Shown here one piece after another: positions 37,556 to 47,732 of a stretch of 64,000 bases of DNA (its first letter is position 1; each line of letters opens with the position of its first letter). The position numbers and the translations under genes are program-made. The stretch is taken from contig JAEHCO010000001.1 in NCBI GenBank assembly GCA_020697715.1, positions 778,149 to 842,148 of the forward strand, written 5' to 3'. The DNA is from Methanobacteriota archaeon (GTDB taxonomy: Archaea > Thermoplasmatota > Thermoplasmata > SG8-5 > JAGLSY01). The notes under the pieces were generated by a model. That model was not told where the DNA came from, made no database searches, and saw nothing but the letters and a program-made list of their open reading frames with translations.

Positions 37556-39742
37556 CTAATAGAATCCAATAGTTACTGTTATCGTGGCCTCATACTGCCC
37601 TTCTTGCGTACCTGCAGGCACGTCGATGAACCAGGCTACTTGAGTGTCCTGTTCCGTAGGGATCTGGTTGAAGTCTGAGCCATATGGTCCGATCGCGGTG
37701 GTTCCATTGCCTGGCGCAGGCAGTACATTCGTAGCACTCCAGTTGCCCCATATACCTATCTCAGTGTCCACTCCTGGTATTGTAGAAGGATTCAAGATCT
37801 CTGTGTTTGAGTTGTTTGCCTGACCTGTGATGTTCACGTGCTGTAAACTCACATTTACGGCTGGTATGTAATTCAGACCATCCACAAGATCCGTTATTGA
37901 CACATTGACATAATATGGTGTATTTGCCGAACATGTTATGTTGCTGTATGGGAACAGAGCGACGCCGCTGGTACCAGGTGGTGCATTTGCACTTGGATCA
38001 CCACTTGCCTGGACATCCGTGTATGTGAATACTCCAAACTCGCCGTATGTGTAGTTTGTGGCTGTTGGGAATCCAGCATCATAAACTTCGAATCTGAAGT
38101 TCCAGCTGTTTGGATCATCTAACATAGTACCTGCATCCCATTCGTCACCAGCTACTGGTGTCGCGAAGAATGGATCAGATCCTACGGCCGCACATGTCTG
38201 CTTATCGAAGGTGATGTTCATCCAGACATAGTATTTTTCATTGGCTACAGAAACATTCGACCACCAGCTGTCTACTGTGAATTCTCCAGGTCCAGCTGCA
38301 GGGTATGTCATAGCTGCGGATCCTGTTCCTGCTGAAAGACCGAGTCCTTCTGACCACAGAGCGGTGAACATCTTGGTCCTGTTCTCGGCTGTAGCTCCTC
38401 TTGGATTGGTATCTCCATCATCGTACCATCCATTGAGTTCCACTCTTACATTGTCTGCGCCATCGAAGAACTGGTCGTTCGCGCCTATGGAATAGTTGAA
38501 CTCGCCTCTGAAGGTGTATGTCTCACTGATGTCAACTTGCTTATCCAGTGTGCTTGCTCTTGTGACATCGGTCATGTCCCACATTCCTACTGAGTAACCA
38601 TGTGGCACATCTGTATTGACCTTCAATTTTGTATCTGAATTAACTGCTGATACGTAAGAACCAAGAGCTCCACCAACACCGACTGAAAGACCCGAGCTTG
38701 GGCTATTGTATCCTTTGATGGAAATTCCATTTAGTACTGGTGCTCCAGTGAAAGGAAGCTTGTAGGTCATATCCTTCAATGTTCCTGTCGCTGAGTAGTA
38801 ATTGTAGTATATTCCATCACCTGTGGCATTGGATCCAACTGCGGCTCCCCATGTACCATCTGGTGACCAATCGAAGTCAAGTATATTGTATCCTGTCTGG
38901 TTGTCCATCATATCTGGTATTCCACCATCGAACATGAAGAGATTCCCGCCCTCATGGTACAATCCGCCTATTATCGCGAAGGTTCCAGATGGCTGCCAAT
39001 CGATCGTGTTCAATGCTCCGACAGCAGGCCATGCAAGGGAATTCTCATATAGGTCTCCAGAGTTCGTCCAAGTGTAACCAACACCAATACCGGTATTCTC
39101 ACCGACAGCATAGTATGTGGCTATAGGGTTCGTCACTTGGTCCCATGTGACATCATAGAGTGTGTCACCAGCAAATTGAGCATTCAAGTCTGCGAATCTC
39201 CAACCTGTTGAACTACTATACCAGCATGCCAATCCTTTGTCACCTGTTGTATTATAGCCAACAGCAAAGAAATCATACGCCGAGTTGCCCCATTCATGGG
39301 CTACACAGACACCATTAAAGGTACCTAGATCCACTCCGCCATCTGGGCTGCCCAGTGGTGTTGGTCCGTTAACATAGTCATACTCGTATGCTAATGGGTG
39401 TCCAGCTATGTCATTTCCAACAACGTAGAATACTTCTGAGTAGTTATCGTAGATGATGTCATTCATTACATCCCCAGCCCCCAATATGGCTTGGACACTC
39501 CAAGCTGGGCTTGCAGTGAAATCATATATGTAGATATTATCTGATCCATCTACACCCAATGCGAAGTCTCCACTTGTGGTGTTCCACGCGATCTTTTTAA
39601 GGTCACTGTAGCCATCATTCAACTCCTCGAACATTCTTGCGGAGTCTTCAGCAACTACATTCAGCCCTAAGATCGAAAATCCTGCTCCTATCATCGCAAA
39701 TGTTATTGCGAATACCATAATTTTTTTACTGATCATATCCAT
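37556..39742 (-). CDS. Stand-alone 11th member of the array family (no insert), 728 aa
   Basis: GGTGAGGGAG SD; signal peptide-AEDSAR...LKKIAW; KGYNSPSSG; YGEFGVF; NAPPG; GNGTTAIGPYGSDFN; ends GQYEATITVTIGFY. Confidence 0.92.
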   Translation of the reverse strand: MDMISKKIMVFAITFAMIGAGFSILGLNVVAEDSARMFEELNDGYSDLKKIAWNTTSGDFALGVDGSDNIYIYDFTASPAWSVQAILGAGDVMNDIIYDNYSEVFYVVGNDIAGHPLAYEYDYVNGPTPLGSPDGGVDLGTFNGVCVAHEWGNSAYDFFAVGYNTTGDKGLACWYSSSTGWRFADLNAQFAGDTLYDVTWDQVTNPIATYYAVGENTGIGVGYTWTNSGDLYENSLAWPAVGALNTIDWQPSGTFAIIGGLYHEGGNLFMFDGGIPDMMDNQTGYNILDFDWSPDGTWGAAVGSNATGDGIYYNYYSATGTLKDMTYKLPFTGAPVLNGISIKGYNSPSSGLSVGVGGALGSYVSAVNSDTKLKVNTDVPHGYSVGMWDMTDVTRASTLDKQVDISETYTFRGEFNYSIGANDQFFDGADNVRVELNGWYDDGDTNPRGATAENRTKMFTALWSEGLGLSAGTGSAAMTYPAAGPGEFTVDSWWSNVSVANEKYYVWMNITFDKQTCAAVGSDPFFATPVAGDEWDAGTMLDDPNSWNFRFEVYDAGFPTATNYTYGEFGVFTYTDVQASGDPSANAPPGTSGVALFPYSNITCSANTPYYVNVSITDLVDGLNYIPAVNVSLQHVNITGQANNSNTEILNPSTIPGVDTEIGIWGNWSATNVLPAPGNGTTAIGPYGSDFNQIPTEQDTQVAWFIDVPAGTQEGQYEATITVTIGFY

Positions 39743-39894
39743 TTCTCCCTCACCGATTATTTTTAAACTCTGTTTACGATTGTAAAAGCTATGTATAAAA
39801 TGGTATTAATAACTTTGCTGTGTTAATATGTGCAATATTATGTATATCTATAATTGATGCATGACAAAATAGTTTTAACTATCTCGGCAATACC

Positions 39895-40050
39895 AATTCT
39901 TTATTATTTAGCCTTCGGCACTTTTTTCTTTTGAACCTCGCTGTGCTGGCTCTGGCTCCAAAAGAAAAAAGGCGGACAAATAAAGAAACTCGCCAGAGCC
40001 TGCTCGCTCGGCAGTAATAATTCTTTATTATTTAGCCTTCGGCACTTTTT
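39895..40050. repeat. Perfect 32-bp direct repeat duplicating the transaldolase 3' end, flanking a hairpin
   Basis: AATTCTTTATTATTTAGCCTTCGGCACTTTTT at 39895-39926 and 40019-40050; internal inverted repeat CTTTTTTCTTTTG / CAAAAGAAAAAAG. Confidence 0.85.
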
Positions 40051-40678
40051 CCCAATCCGCCAGGAACTTCTCGATCCCGGAATCCGTCAAAGGATGACTG
40101 ACCATGAGCTTCAGAACTTTCAATGGTAAAGTGGCAATATGCGCACCGGCCTTTGCCGAGTCAATAACATGTATCGGATGCCTAACACTGGCAACTATGA
40201 TCTCCGTATCAAAGCCATAGTTCATGAATATCTGAGCTATGTCGCGTATGATCTGCATACCTTCCTGGCCATTATCATCCAATCTGCCAACGAATGGACT
40301 TACGAAAGTGGCACCTGCCTTTGCGGCCAGTAATGCCTGGTTGGCAGAGAATATGAGAGTGACATTTGTTTTGATACCTCTCAATGAAAGCTCTCTTGTT
40401 GCTTTGAGTCCTTCAGCACACATTGGAATTTTAATTGTAATATTGTCATGGATCTTGACCAGTTCCCTGGCTTCCTTCACCATGCCTTTGGCATCCATGC
40501 TGACGACCTCGGCACTTATTGGCCCATCGACAATGGCGCATATCTCTTTTACAACTTCTTTAAAATCCCTTCCTTCCCTTGCTATGAGTGAAGGGTTTGT
40601 CGTAACTCCATCGATTATGCCCCAGCTGTTCGCTTCTTTTATCTCGTCAATGTTCGCTGTGTCCAGAAATATCTTCAT
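40028..40678 (-). CDS. tal: Transaldolase (FSA/TalC family)
   Basis: [14 protein letters not shown], Schiff-base [23 protein letters not shown]. Confidence 0.93.
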   Translation of the reverse strand: MKIFLDTANIDEIKEANSWGIIDGVTTNPSLIAREGRDFKEVVKEICAIVDGPISAEVVSMDAKGMVKEARELVKIHDNITIKIPMCAEGLKATRELSLRGIKTNVTLIFSANQALLAAKAGATFVSPFVGRLDDNGQEGMQIIRDIAQIFMNYGFDTEIIVASVRHPIHVIDSAKAGAHIATLPLKVLKLMVSHPLTDSGIEKFLADWEKVPKAK

Positions 40679-40706
40679 ATTATCAATTCTCCTCGATAAT
40701 TGATCA

Positions 40707-41663
40707 TTATCTACCTCTTCTCTTCATTACATCATGAGCCGCATCCACTATGTGATCGACCGTTAGTCCGTATTTTTCCATGAGCTCATCAGAAGTACCC
40801 GATTCCCCGAAGGAATCCCGGATCCCAACTCTCTTCATCGGTACATGGAAGTTCTCGACCAGTGTCATGGCAACTGCAGAACCCATGCCGACCATGACAT
40901 TGTGCTCCTCGGCCGTGACCATCCCACCTGTTTCTCTCGCGGCCTTGATCAATGTTTTCTCATCCATTGGTTTGATGGTGGACATGTTTATCACTTTTGC
41001 ATCGATCTTATGCTTCTTCAGATCTTCCGCGGCCTCAAGACACTTGGCAACCATTATTCCAGTACCAACGAGTGTGATGTCCGCTCCTTCTCGCATGATA
41101 CTAGCCTTCCCTATCTCGAAGTCCTGACATTCAGGAATATCCGTACACACGGGGATATTGGCTCTTCCCAATCGGATATAGACTGGTCCCTTGTATTCAG
41201 CAGCTGCCATCACCGCTCTCTTGGTTTCGGGAGCATCTGCTGGCACTATGACTGTCATATTAGGTAGAACTCTCATTAGGGCTAGATCTTCGATCATCTG
41301 ATGAGTTGCTCCATCTCCCCCCACGGTTATACCTGCGTGGGTGGCGACTATCTTCACATCCAGTTTGGGATAGGCCACACTCTGTCTGATCTGATCGTAC
41401 ACACGCCCTGTAACGAATATCGCGAAGGTACTGGCAAAAGCTGTCTTACCAGCAGCTGCAAAGCCCGCACATGCGCTGATCATATTTTGTTCAGCGATAC
41501 CGAAGTTGAAATGCCTTTCTGGAAAATGCTCGGCGAAAACACCGGTCTTGACAGAGCAGGAAAGATCCGCACTGGCAACGACGATATCACTTCTCTGTTC
41601 TCCAAGCTCGACCAGAGCCTCACCAAAGGCATCTCTCTGATTCTTCAATTCCCATTTTTTCAT
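40707..41663 (-). CDS. Transketolase, C-terminal subunit
   Basis: [31 protein letters not shown] motifs; GGAGGG SD before 41663. Confidence 0.93.
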   Translation of the reverse strand: MKKWELKNQRDAFGEALVELGEQRSDIVVASADLSCSVKTGVFAEHFPERHFNFGIAEQNMISACAGFAAAGKTAFASTFAIFVTGRVYDQIRQSVAYPKLDVKIVATHAGITVGGDGATHQMIEDLALMRVLPNMTVIVPADAPETKRAVMAAAEYKGPVYIRLGRANIPVCTDIPECQDFEIGKASIMREGADITLVGTGIMVAKCLEAAEDLKKHKIDAKVINMSTIKPMDEKTLIKAARETGGMVTAEEHNVMVGMGSAVAMTLVENFHVPMKRVGIRDSFGESGTSDELMEKYGLTVDHIVDAAHDVMKRRGR

Positions 41664-41719
41664 GCAGAAACCCTCCACTTAATTTCGGGTTTTTGAATAC
41701 AATCGCTTTGCTCTCGCAT

Positions 41720-42556
41720 TCAATCCCCTCCCAGTTCTTTCATGGCTTTTTCATACTCGTCCTTGCTGGGTGATTTACCATGGAAGCCAACAGCTCCTTC
41801 CATGAAGCTGACTCCTTTTCCTTTGATGGTATTGGCAATTATCACACTCGGATGGCCTTTTGTTTCCTTTGCCTTCTTGAAAGCAGCCAATATCTCTCTG
41901 AAATTATGACCTTCAATCTCGATGACATTCCATCCAAAGGCCTTCCATTTATCTCCCAGTGGTTCAAGGGACATGATCTTCTCAGTGGGGCCATCCAGCT
42001 GGAGTTTGTTCCTGTCTATTATGGCTACCAGATTATCGATCTTGAACTGGGATGCGGACATCGCGGCTTCCCATATCTGGCCGCAATTATTCTCCCCATC
42101 TCCCAGCATCACGTAGGTCCTATATTTCTTCCTGTCCAACTTGGCGGCCAATGCCATCCCGATACCCATGCTCAGACCTTGCCCCTCACTGCCTGTGGAA
42201 GCCTCGACACCCGGTGTCTTTCTCATATCTGGGTGCCCCTGTAATCTTGAACCGATCTTTCTGATGGTCTTCAGCTCATCGACCGGGAAATACCCGGATT
42301 CTGCAAGGCAAGCATACAGTGTGGGAGCCGCATGTCCCTTACTGAGAACGAATCTGTCTCTGTCTTCCCATTTAGGATCCTCTGATCTATGGTTCATTTC
42401 CATGAAATAAAGCGCGACGAGCACATCTGTCGCGGATAATGATCCGCCGGGATGCCCTGATCCGGCTCCATATATCATTTCTATGATATGGCGTCTGACC
42501 TTGCTGGCCATTTCTTCAAGCATTTTGATGTCTTCATCTGGATAACTGTTTACCAC
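41720..42556 (-). CDS. Transketolase, N-terminal subunit
   Basis: SGHPGGSLS, DRFVLSKGH, LQGHP, TPP motif GDGE...N, KGKGVSFME. Confidence 0.94.
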   Translation of the reverse strand: MVNSYPDEDIKMLEEMASKVRRHIIEMIYGAGSGHPGGSLSATDVLVALYFMEMNHRSEDPKWEDRDRFVLSKGHAAPTLYACLAESGYFPVDELKTIRKIGSRLQGHPDMRKTPGVEASTGSEGQGLSMGIGMALAAKLDRKKYRTYVMLGDGENNCGQIWEAAMSASQFKIDNLVAIIDRNKLQLDGPTEKIMSLEPLGDKWKAFGWNVIEIEGHNFREILAAFKKAKETKGHPSVIIANTIKGKGVSFMEGAVGFHGKSPSKDEYEKAMKELGGD

Positions 42557-42680
42557 GATACCTGCCCCTAGTTCTATGAGGACGGGGAATACACTCGCAC
42601 TTCATATTCTTTACTAATAAAACTATAAAACATCTGCATAGATTATAAGATGTAATATGTCCATAAGGTATGTGATAATT

Positions 42681-43205
42681 ATGGCAAAAGAAAAGATAGA
42701 AGAATCCAGACTAGCACTCAGAGAAATGCCGGCCTTTCCAGTTGGCCTCATCACTGTCGGCAAGGGGAAGGAAGCGAATATCATAACCGCGGCTCTGATC
42801 CATGTATTCTCCTTTGACCCGCCGCTCATCGGCATTGGCATATCTCCCAAAAGGCACTCACATGGCCTTCTGGTCAAGGAAGATGAGTTTGTTGTCAATA
42901 TACCTGGCAAGGATATCTTGAAGCAAACACTGGGATGTGGTACAGTATCTGGATCCAAGGTGAACAAGTTCGAGCTTTATGAATTGGAAAAGCTCGATTC
43001 TCAGGTTGTCGAAACTCCATCCATTGGCCAGTGCAAGGTTAATTTTGAATGTCGAAAAACCCAGTTTTTCACCACTGGCGATCATGATTGGTTCATCGGT
43101 GAGATCGTGATGACCATGGTCGAGAAGGGCTATAAACGAGGAGATGGTTTACTTTACTGGGGTGGGGATTTCCGTCTGCCTGGCAAGGTCATAAAAGACA
43201 GATGA
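42681..43205 (+). CDS. Flavin reductase-like (DIM6/NTAB family) protein
   Basis: PPLIGIGI..RHS, EFVVNIP, CGTVSG..NKF, FEC, GDHDWFIGE. Confidence 0.85.
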   Translation: MAKEKIEESRLALREMPAFPVGLITVGKGKEANIITAALIHVFSFDPPLIGIGISPKRHSHGLLVKEDEFVVNIPGKDILKQTLGCGTVSGSKVNKFELYELEKLDSQVVETPSIGQCKVNFECRKTQFFTTGDHDWFIGEIVMTMVEKGYKRGDGLLYWGGDFRLPGKVIKDR

Positions 43206-43285
43206 CGATATAGCTCATCAGCCAGAATCACCTACCACCGATACAAAGAGTTTTATCACAAATCCGCTATCCCAATTCCGATAAT

Positions 43286-43456
43286 ATGAAACATGACATG
43301 ATGGAGATCCTATGTTGCCCCGTATGCAAATCCGACCTCGAGCTCAAGGCCACGAAAGAGCAGGATGGAGACGTGATCGAAGGAACACTGGCATGTGGAA
43401 AATGCTCCCATGATTACAAGATAGAGAATTCCATTCCGAATCTACTGCCACCGTGA
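43286..43456 (+). CDS. trm112: Trm112 family methyltransferase activator (56 aa; not in the supplied ORF track)
   Basis: Manual translation MKHDMMEILCCPVCKSDLELK...EGTLACGKCSHDYKIENSIPNLLPP fits the Trm112 zinc-knuckle pattern. Confidence 0.88.
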   Translation: MKHDMMEILCCPVCKSDLELKATKEQDGDVIEGTLACGKCSHDYKIENSIPNLLPP

Positions 43457-43978
43457 TCAAATAAAAAGAGATTGAGCTTCAATTATTTCTTTAGAATTTT
43501 TTGCCTTTTCATACTCTTCCAGTGGTTCTCGATTCAGAGTCAGGAACGTATCACCAAATCTGAACTTGGCCAACATTCTCTCTCCCTGTTCCCTGTGTCC
43601 GAGAATTATCAAAGAGGAAGCGAAAGCCTCCACACTGGAAAGCATGAAAGGCTTTCCATAATTGACTGGGTTGGCGGCCAGCATGAATGGAAGAGACCTT
43701 CCCTTGCTTTTTCTGCCCACTCTTGGGAAATCCTCACCCGTGGCCTTCCAGGAAAGATCCAGTACAGCTAAGCCTGACCTTTCAGCCACTTCCTGATCTT
43801 CTTTGGACAAGACCTTTTCAGCCGTGGGAACCAGAACAAGAGCTGAAGCCGGCACTTGAGATATTTTCTTAATATCTATAGCTAGATCGAATTTAGCCAA
43901 CTTCCTGCCAGTGCACTTTTTTGGATCACACTGCTTCCCATCGTAAAAATATAGCTTGACATCATTGGTATTTGACAT
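43457..43978 (-). CDS. tsr3: rRNA aminocarboxypropyltransferase Tsr3
   Basis: QCDPKKCTG, DLSW, RSLPFMLAANPVNYGKP..LSSVEA, FLTLN. Confidence 0.93.
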   Translation of the reverse strand: MSNTNDVKLYFYDGKQCDPKKCTGRKLAKFDLAIDIKKISQVPASALVLVPTAEKVLSKEDQEVAERSGLAVLDLSWKATGEDFPRVGRKSKGRSLPFMLAANPVNYGKPFMLSSVEAFASSLIILGHREQGERMLAKFRFGDTFLTLNREPLEEYEKAKNSKEIIEAQSLFI

Positions 43979-43985
43979 CGGAGCA

Positions 43986-44222
43986 TCACTTCATCTTGAT
44001 AGTTTCTTGCTCCACATAATTGCCTGGCTTGACAAGCACGGTAGAGAGATAGCCCGCGAGATTGGTCCCTCCGACTATGATCAGGTATAGGCCAACCAGC
44101 AGTTCCAGGTCCAAATATCCTGTCAGAATGATTATGCCGAAAGCTATGGTCAGAATAGCTGATGCTATGCCGGTTATCCCGAGTTTTCCAAGGATCTTTT
44201 TTGATATATTTCCATTGGTCAT
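43986..44222 (-). CDS. Small two-TM membrane protein (DUF3096-like)
   Basis: GAGGAA SD; AILTIAFGIIIL...LLVGLYLIIVG hydrophobic hairpin. Confidence 0.6.
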   Translation of the reverse strand: MTNGNISKKILGKLGITGIASAILTIAFGIIILTGYLDLELLVGLYLIIVGGTNLAGYLSTVLVKPGNYVEQETIKMK

Positions 44223-44440
44223 TTCCTCATTGTTCAAGTGTATCGCCTCTCGACCTATAACAAAAATCAACCATAAAAACTTACTTGTGCTGGTATCATT
44301 ATCAGCATCTGCCTCGATGATGATAAAAAAACGTTCTGATATGTGATGAATGATGGGCGAACTGAGTGGCAGACTAACTACCATTCCATGAAATTGGATG
44401 GAATGGTATCCATAACCTATATCTGAAATATGGTGAAAAT

Positions 44441-45229
44441 ATGAGATTGATATCCTGGAATGTGAATGGTATTCGTGCTGTATCCAAAAAGGAGATATTT
44501 GGAAGCACGGGATTCAAGGACTGGCTGGCTGATGATGGCCCTGATGTGCTCTGTCTGCAGGAAACAAAGGCCTGGCCAGAGCAATTGAAAGAGGATCTAT
44601 TGGAGCCGGCAGGTTATTCATCATACTGGAACCAGGCTGAGAAGAAAGGATATAGTGGCACTGTCATTTACACCAAAAAGAAGCCTCTCAACCACTACAC
44701 CGGTATGTTCTCCGAGACCTATGATAAGGAAGGAAGGATAGTGGCAACGGAGTTCGATAATATCACTCTGCTCAACATCTACTTTCCAAATGGTATGCAG
44801 AGCCCGGAGCGCCTGAAATACAAGCTGGAATTCTATGACACTTTCCTCGAGCATATTGATAGTATCCGAAAAAAAGGAAAGAGCGTGATCTTCTGTGGGG
44901 ATCTCAACACCGCCCATAATCCGATAGACCTGGCTCGCCCAAAAGAAAATGTAAATAACTCTGGTTTTCTACCTATCGAAAGGGAATGGATGGACAAGGT
45001 GGTGGAGCATGGCTACACGGACACTTTCAGGCATTTGAGCGATGAGCCAGACATGTACTCTTGGTGGGATTACAAGACAAGAGCAAGAGAACGAAATGTG
45101 GGCTGGAGGCTGGATTATTTCTGGGTGTCCAATGACCTATTGCCTTTCCTGAAGAATGCTTTTATAATGACCGAGATAGTGGGAAGCGATCATTGCCCAG
45201 TGGGTATTGACATCGATATTGAATTGTGA
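44441..45229 (+). CDS. xth: Exodeoxyribonuclease III / AP endonuclease
   Basis: SWNVNGIRA, LCLQETK, YFPN, GDLNTAH, GWRLDYF, GSDHCP. Confidence 0.95.
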   Translation: MRLISWNVNGIRAVSKKEIFGSTGFKDWLADDGPDVLCLQETKAWPEQLKEDLLEPAGYSSYWNQAEKKGYSGTVIYTKKKPLNHYTGMFSETYDKEGRIVATEFDNITLLNIYFPNGMQSPERLKYKLEFYDTFLEHIDSIRKKGKSVIFCGDLNTAHNPIDLARPKENVNNSGFLPIEREWMDKVVEHGYTDTFRHLSDEPDMYSWWDYKTRARERNVGWRLDYFWVSNDLLPFLKNAFIMTEIVGSDHCPVGIDIDIEL

Positions 45230-45267
45230 TAATAACTCTAATTTAAAAATTAAAAAGATAGAAAATG

Positions 45268-45471
45268 CTAATCCTTTGGCCATTCCACAACCCGGCTCAT
45301 GCATCTGTGGCAAAGAGCCTGCTCCGTATCATCGGTCTTCGGATTCATCCTGCCTCCGCATTTCGAGCACCATTCCTTCTCATCCCGCATGATGGCCACT
45401 TGGTCGCACGCATGCTCGAACTCCTGCATTTGCATGAATCGTCCGCAAAAGGGGCAGTAATTGTTCACCAT
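45268..45471 (-). CDS. Small zinc-finger protein
   Basis: CPFC, HxC, CSKC and CHRC motifs in 67 aa; GAGG SD; directly downstream of the DUF2156 gene. Confidence 0.6.
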   Translation of the reverse strand: MVNNYCPFCGRFMQMQEFEHACDQVAIMRDEKEWCSKCGGRMNPKTDDTEQALCHRCMSRVVEWPKD

Positions 45472-45489
45472 CGGATCATCCTCAATTTT

Positions 45490-46392
45490 TCAATCTCCGA
45501 TCCTCAGAATGAATTTCTCAACATGATGGTCGGGCTCGTACCGTTTCATTGCTTTTCGCAGGCCAGTATCACCAAGGTCCTGTTCCATATTGACCCAGGT
45601 CACCTCATTCGGCAATCTGGATATGAACTCCATATTCAGATACTGGTGCAATCCCGGATACTTGTGATTGGCCTTTTCAGAGTGAACGACCGCCATATTG
45701 TCGCTCATTCTTTCGCCCATGGTGAATCCAGCCAGCTCATCATCCATGTATACCACCCCACCTATTAGTCCCAATTCCGAGAAATATTTCAAGGATTCCA
45801 CAATGGCATAGGGTTCTTCAAGTAGTTTTAGTTTGCCCAGGCACCACCCTGGCTCACGCCAATCTCTCAGACCAAGACAGGTATTGGCCAGATCTTTGTC
45901 CATATCGACGTATCTGCACCTTCCCTCGAATTTTTCCATGAATTTTCTGATGAGAAGACTCCTGCTCTCATGCTTGGAGCTATTGGGATCTCCCAGGTTT
46001 GAAGCTTTGTAAACATAGTCCCAATTCTTTCTATCTGGCTCTACATTGTAACCTTCTTCTCTTAGTTGCCCAGCAAGAGGTTCGGTTATGGAATCTATCG
46101 CGAATTTCTCATTATTGTTCTCTGCTTTTTCTATCAGAGAAATGGTACTGGCCAGTACGTCCTTATGAGTGACAGGAGGATAATAGCTCAATTCGCCCAA
46201 TGGACTCATCTCACTAATGACCAATGCGCCTTTCAGGTCGGAAAGCCCAAGGGCTCTGGTTCTCCTCCAGATGAACATATTGGCAAATGTGAGCTCTGAT
46301 GCATGTGGCTGAGCATCTTTTAGATATTCATCGACCATTTCCTTATGATGCATACGCAGATATGTGAATTCCGGAAACTCCTTGATAGGCAT
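45490..46392 (-). CDS. DUF2156 / aminoacyl-transferase-like (GNAT-fold) protein
   Basis: SELTFANMFIW, DRKNWDYVY, VVHSEKAN..YPGL, VNMEQDLGDTGLRKAM..YEP. Confidence 0.8.
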   Translation of the reverse strand: MPIKEFPEFTYLRMHHKEMVDEYLKDAQPHASELTFANMFIWRRTRALGLSDLKGALVISEMSPLGELSYYPPVTHKDVLASTISLIEKAENNNEKFAIDSITEPLAGQLREEGYNVEPDRKNWDYVYKASNLGDPNSSKHESRSLLIRKFMEKFEGRCRYVDMDKDLANTCLGLRDWREPGWCLGKLKLLEEPYAIVESLKYFSELGLIGGVVYMDDELAGFTMGERMSDNMAVVHSEKANHKYPGLHQYLNMEFISRLPNEVTWVNMEQDLGDTGLRKAMKRYEPDHHVEKFILRIGD

Positions 46393-46529
46393 ATTGATTG
46401 TTAATACAATTTTGTTATAAAAACATGTCTTTTTATCAATTTTAAAAACAAAAGAAGCAATACCATTTTATCCATCATGTGCATTGCCGAATCGTCGAAA
46501 TCACAAGAAATTTCGATGGAGGATTAGTT

Positions 46530-47732
46530 ATGGTATCATCTGAAGAATGCATGAAAATGGAATCGACCTATGGAGCGCACAATTATCACCCAATACCTGT
46601 GGTGATCTCGAGGGCCGAAGGCCTATATGTTTGGGATCCTGAGGGAAAAAGGTACATGGACATGCTATCCTGCTATTCCGCACTCAATCAAGGCCACCGC
46701 AACCCGAAGATAATCAAGGCCGCTATCGATCAGATGGAGAAACTCACACTTACAAGTCGAGCATTTTATAATGACCAGCTCGGACCATTCCTCAAGAAGA
46801 TAACCGAGATCTCCGGCATGGAGATGGCCCTGCCCATGAACACCGGGGCAGAGGCTGTTGAGACCGGTATAAAGCTGGCCCGCAGATGGGCATACAGGAA
46901 GAAGGGCGTACCAACTGACCAAGCGGAGATAATCGTCTGTGCGGATAATTTCCACGGCAGGACAACCACGATAGCTGGCTTTTCTTCAGATCCAGATACT
47001 TATGATGATTTCGGGCCTTTCACACCTGGCTTCAAAGCAGTGCCTTACGGTAACGCTGAGGCACTGGAGGCCGCTATCACACCAAACACAGCTGCTTTCA
47101 TTGTCGAACCTATCCAGGGAGAAGCTGGAGTCGTAGTACCACCAGCTGGCTACCTCAAAGAAGTAAGGGAAATATGCACACGTCACAATGTCCTCATGAT
47201 AGCGGATGAGATCCAAACCGGACTATGCAGAACTGGCAAGATGTTCTGCTTCCAGCACGATGACATCAAGCCAGACGTTGTATTCCTGGCAAAAGCACTG
47301 GGCGGGGGCATCATGCCAATATCCGTTGTTCTAAGCTCGAAAGAAATTATGTCGGTCTTCACGCCAGGCAGTCATGGTTCCACTTTTGGCGGAAATCCAC
47401 TGGCCTGCGCGGTCGCCATGGCTTCCCTGGATGTTCTTATCGATGAAAAGCTGGATATTCGCGCACAGGAAATGGGCGGCTATTTCATGCAGGAGCTGAC
47501 CAACCTCAATAACCCGCTTATCAAGCTTGTCAGGGGAAAAGGTCTTCTCATTGCTATCGAGCTCATGCCAGAAGCTGGACCAGCAAGGAAATACACCGAA
47601 GGCCTGATGCAGAACGGTCTGCTGGCAAAGGAAACACATTCAACCATAATCAGGTTCGCGCCAAGTCTGCTCATAACCAAAGAGCAGATCGACGATGCCA
47701 TTGTGATCATCAAGGGTGTATTTGAGGCTTGA
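46530..47732 (+). CDS. rocD: Ornithine--oxo-acid aminotransferase
   Basis: GAHNYHP, YSALNQGH, LTSRAF, PMNTGAEAVET, FHGRT, EPIQGEAG, DEIQTGL, PLP Lys in KALGGG. Confidence 0.93.
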   Translation: MVSSEECMKMESTYGAHNYHPIPVVISRAEGLYVWDPEGKRYMDMLSCYSALNQGHRNPKIIKAAIDQMEKLTLTSRAFYNDQLGPFLKKITEISGMEMALPMNTGAEAVETGIKLARRWAYRKKGVPTDQAEIIVCADNFHGRTTTIAGFSSDPDTYDDFGPFTPGFKAVPYGNAEALEAAITPNTAAFIVEPIQGEAGVVVPPAGYLKEVREICTRHNVLMIADEIQTGLCRTGKMFCFQHDDIKPDVVFLAKALGGGIMPISVVLSSKEIMSVFTPGSHGSTFGGNPLACAVAMASLDVLIDEKLDIRAQEMGGYFMQELTNLNNPLIKLVRGKGLLIAIELMPEAGPARKYTEGLMQNGLLAKETHSTIIRFAPSLLITKEQIDDAIVIIKGVFEA

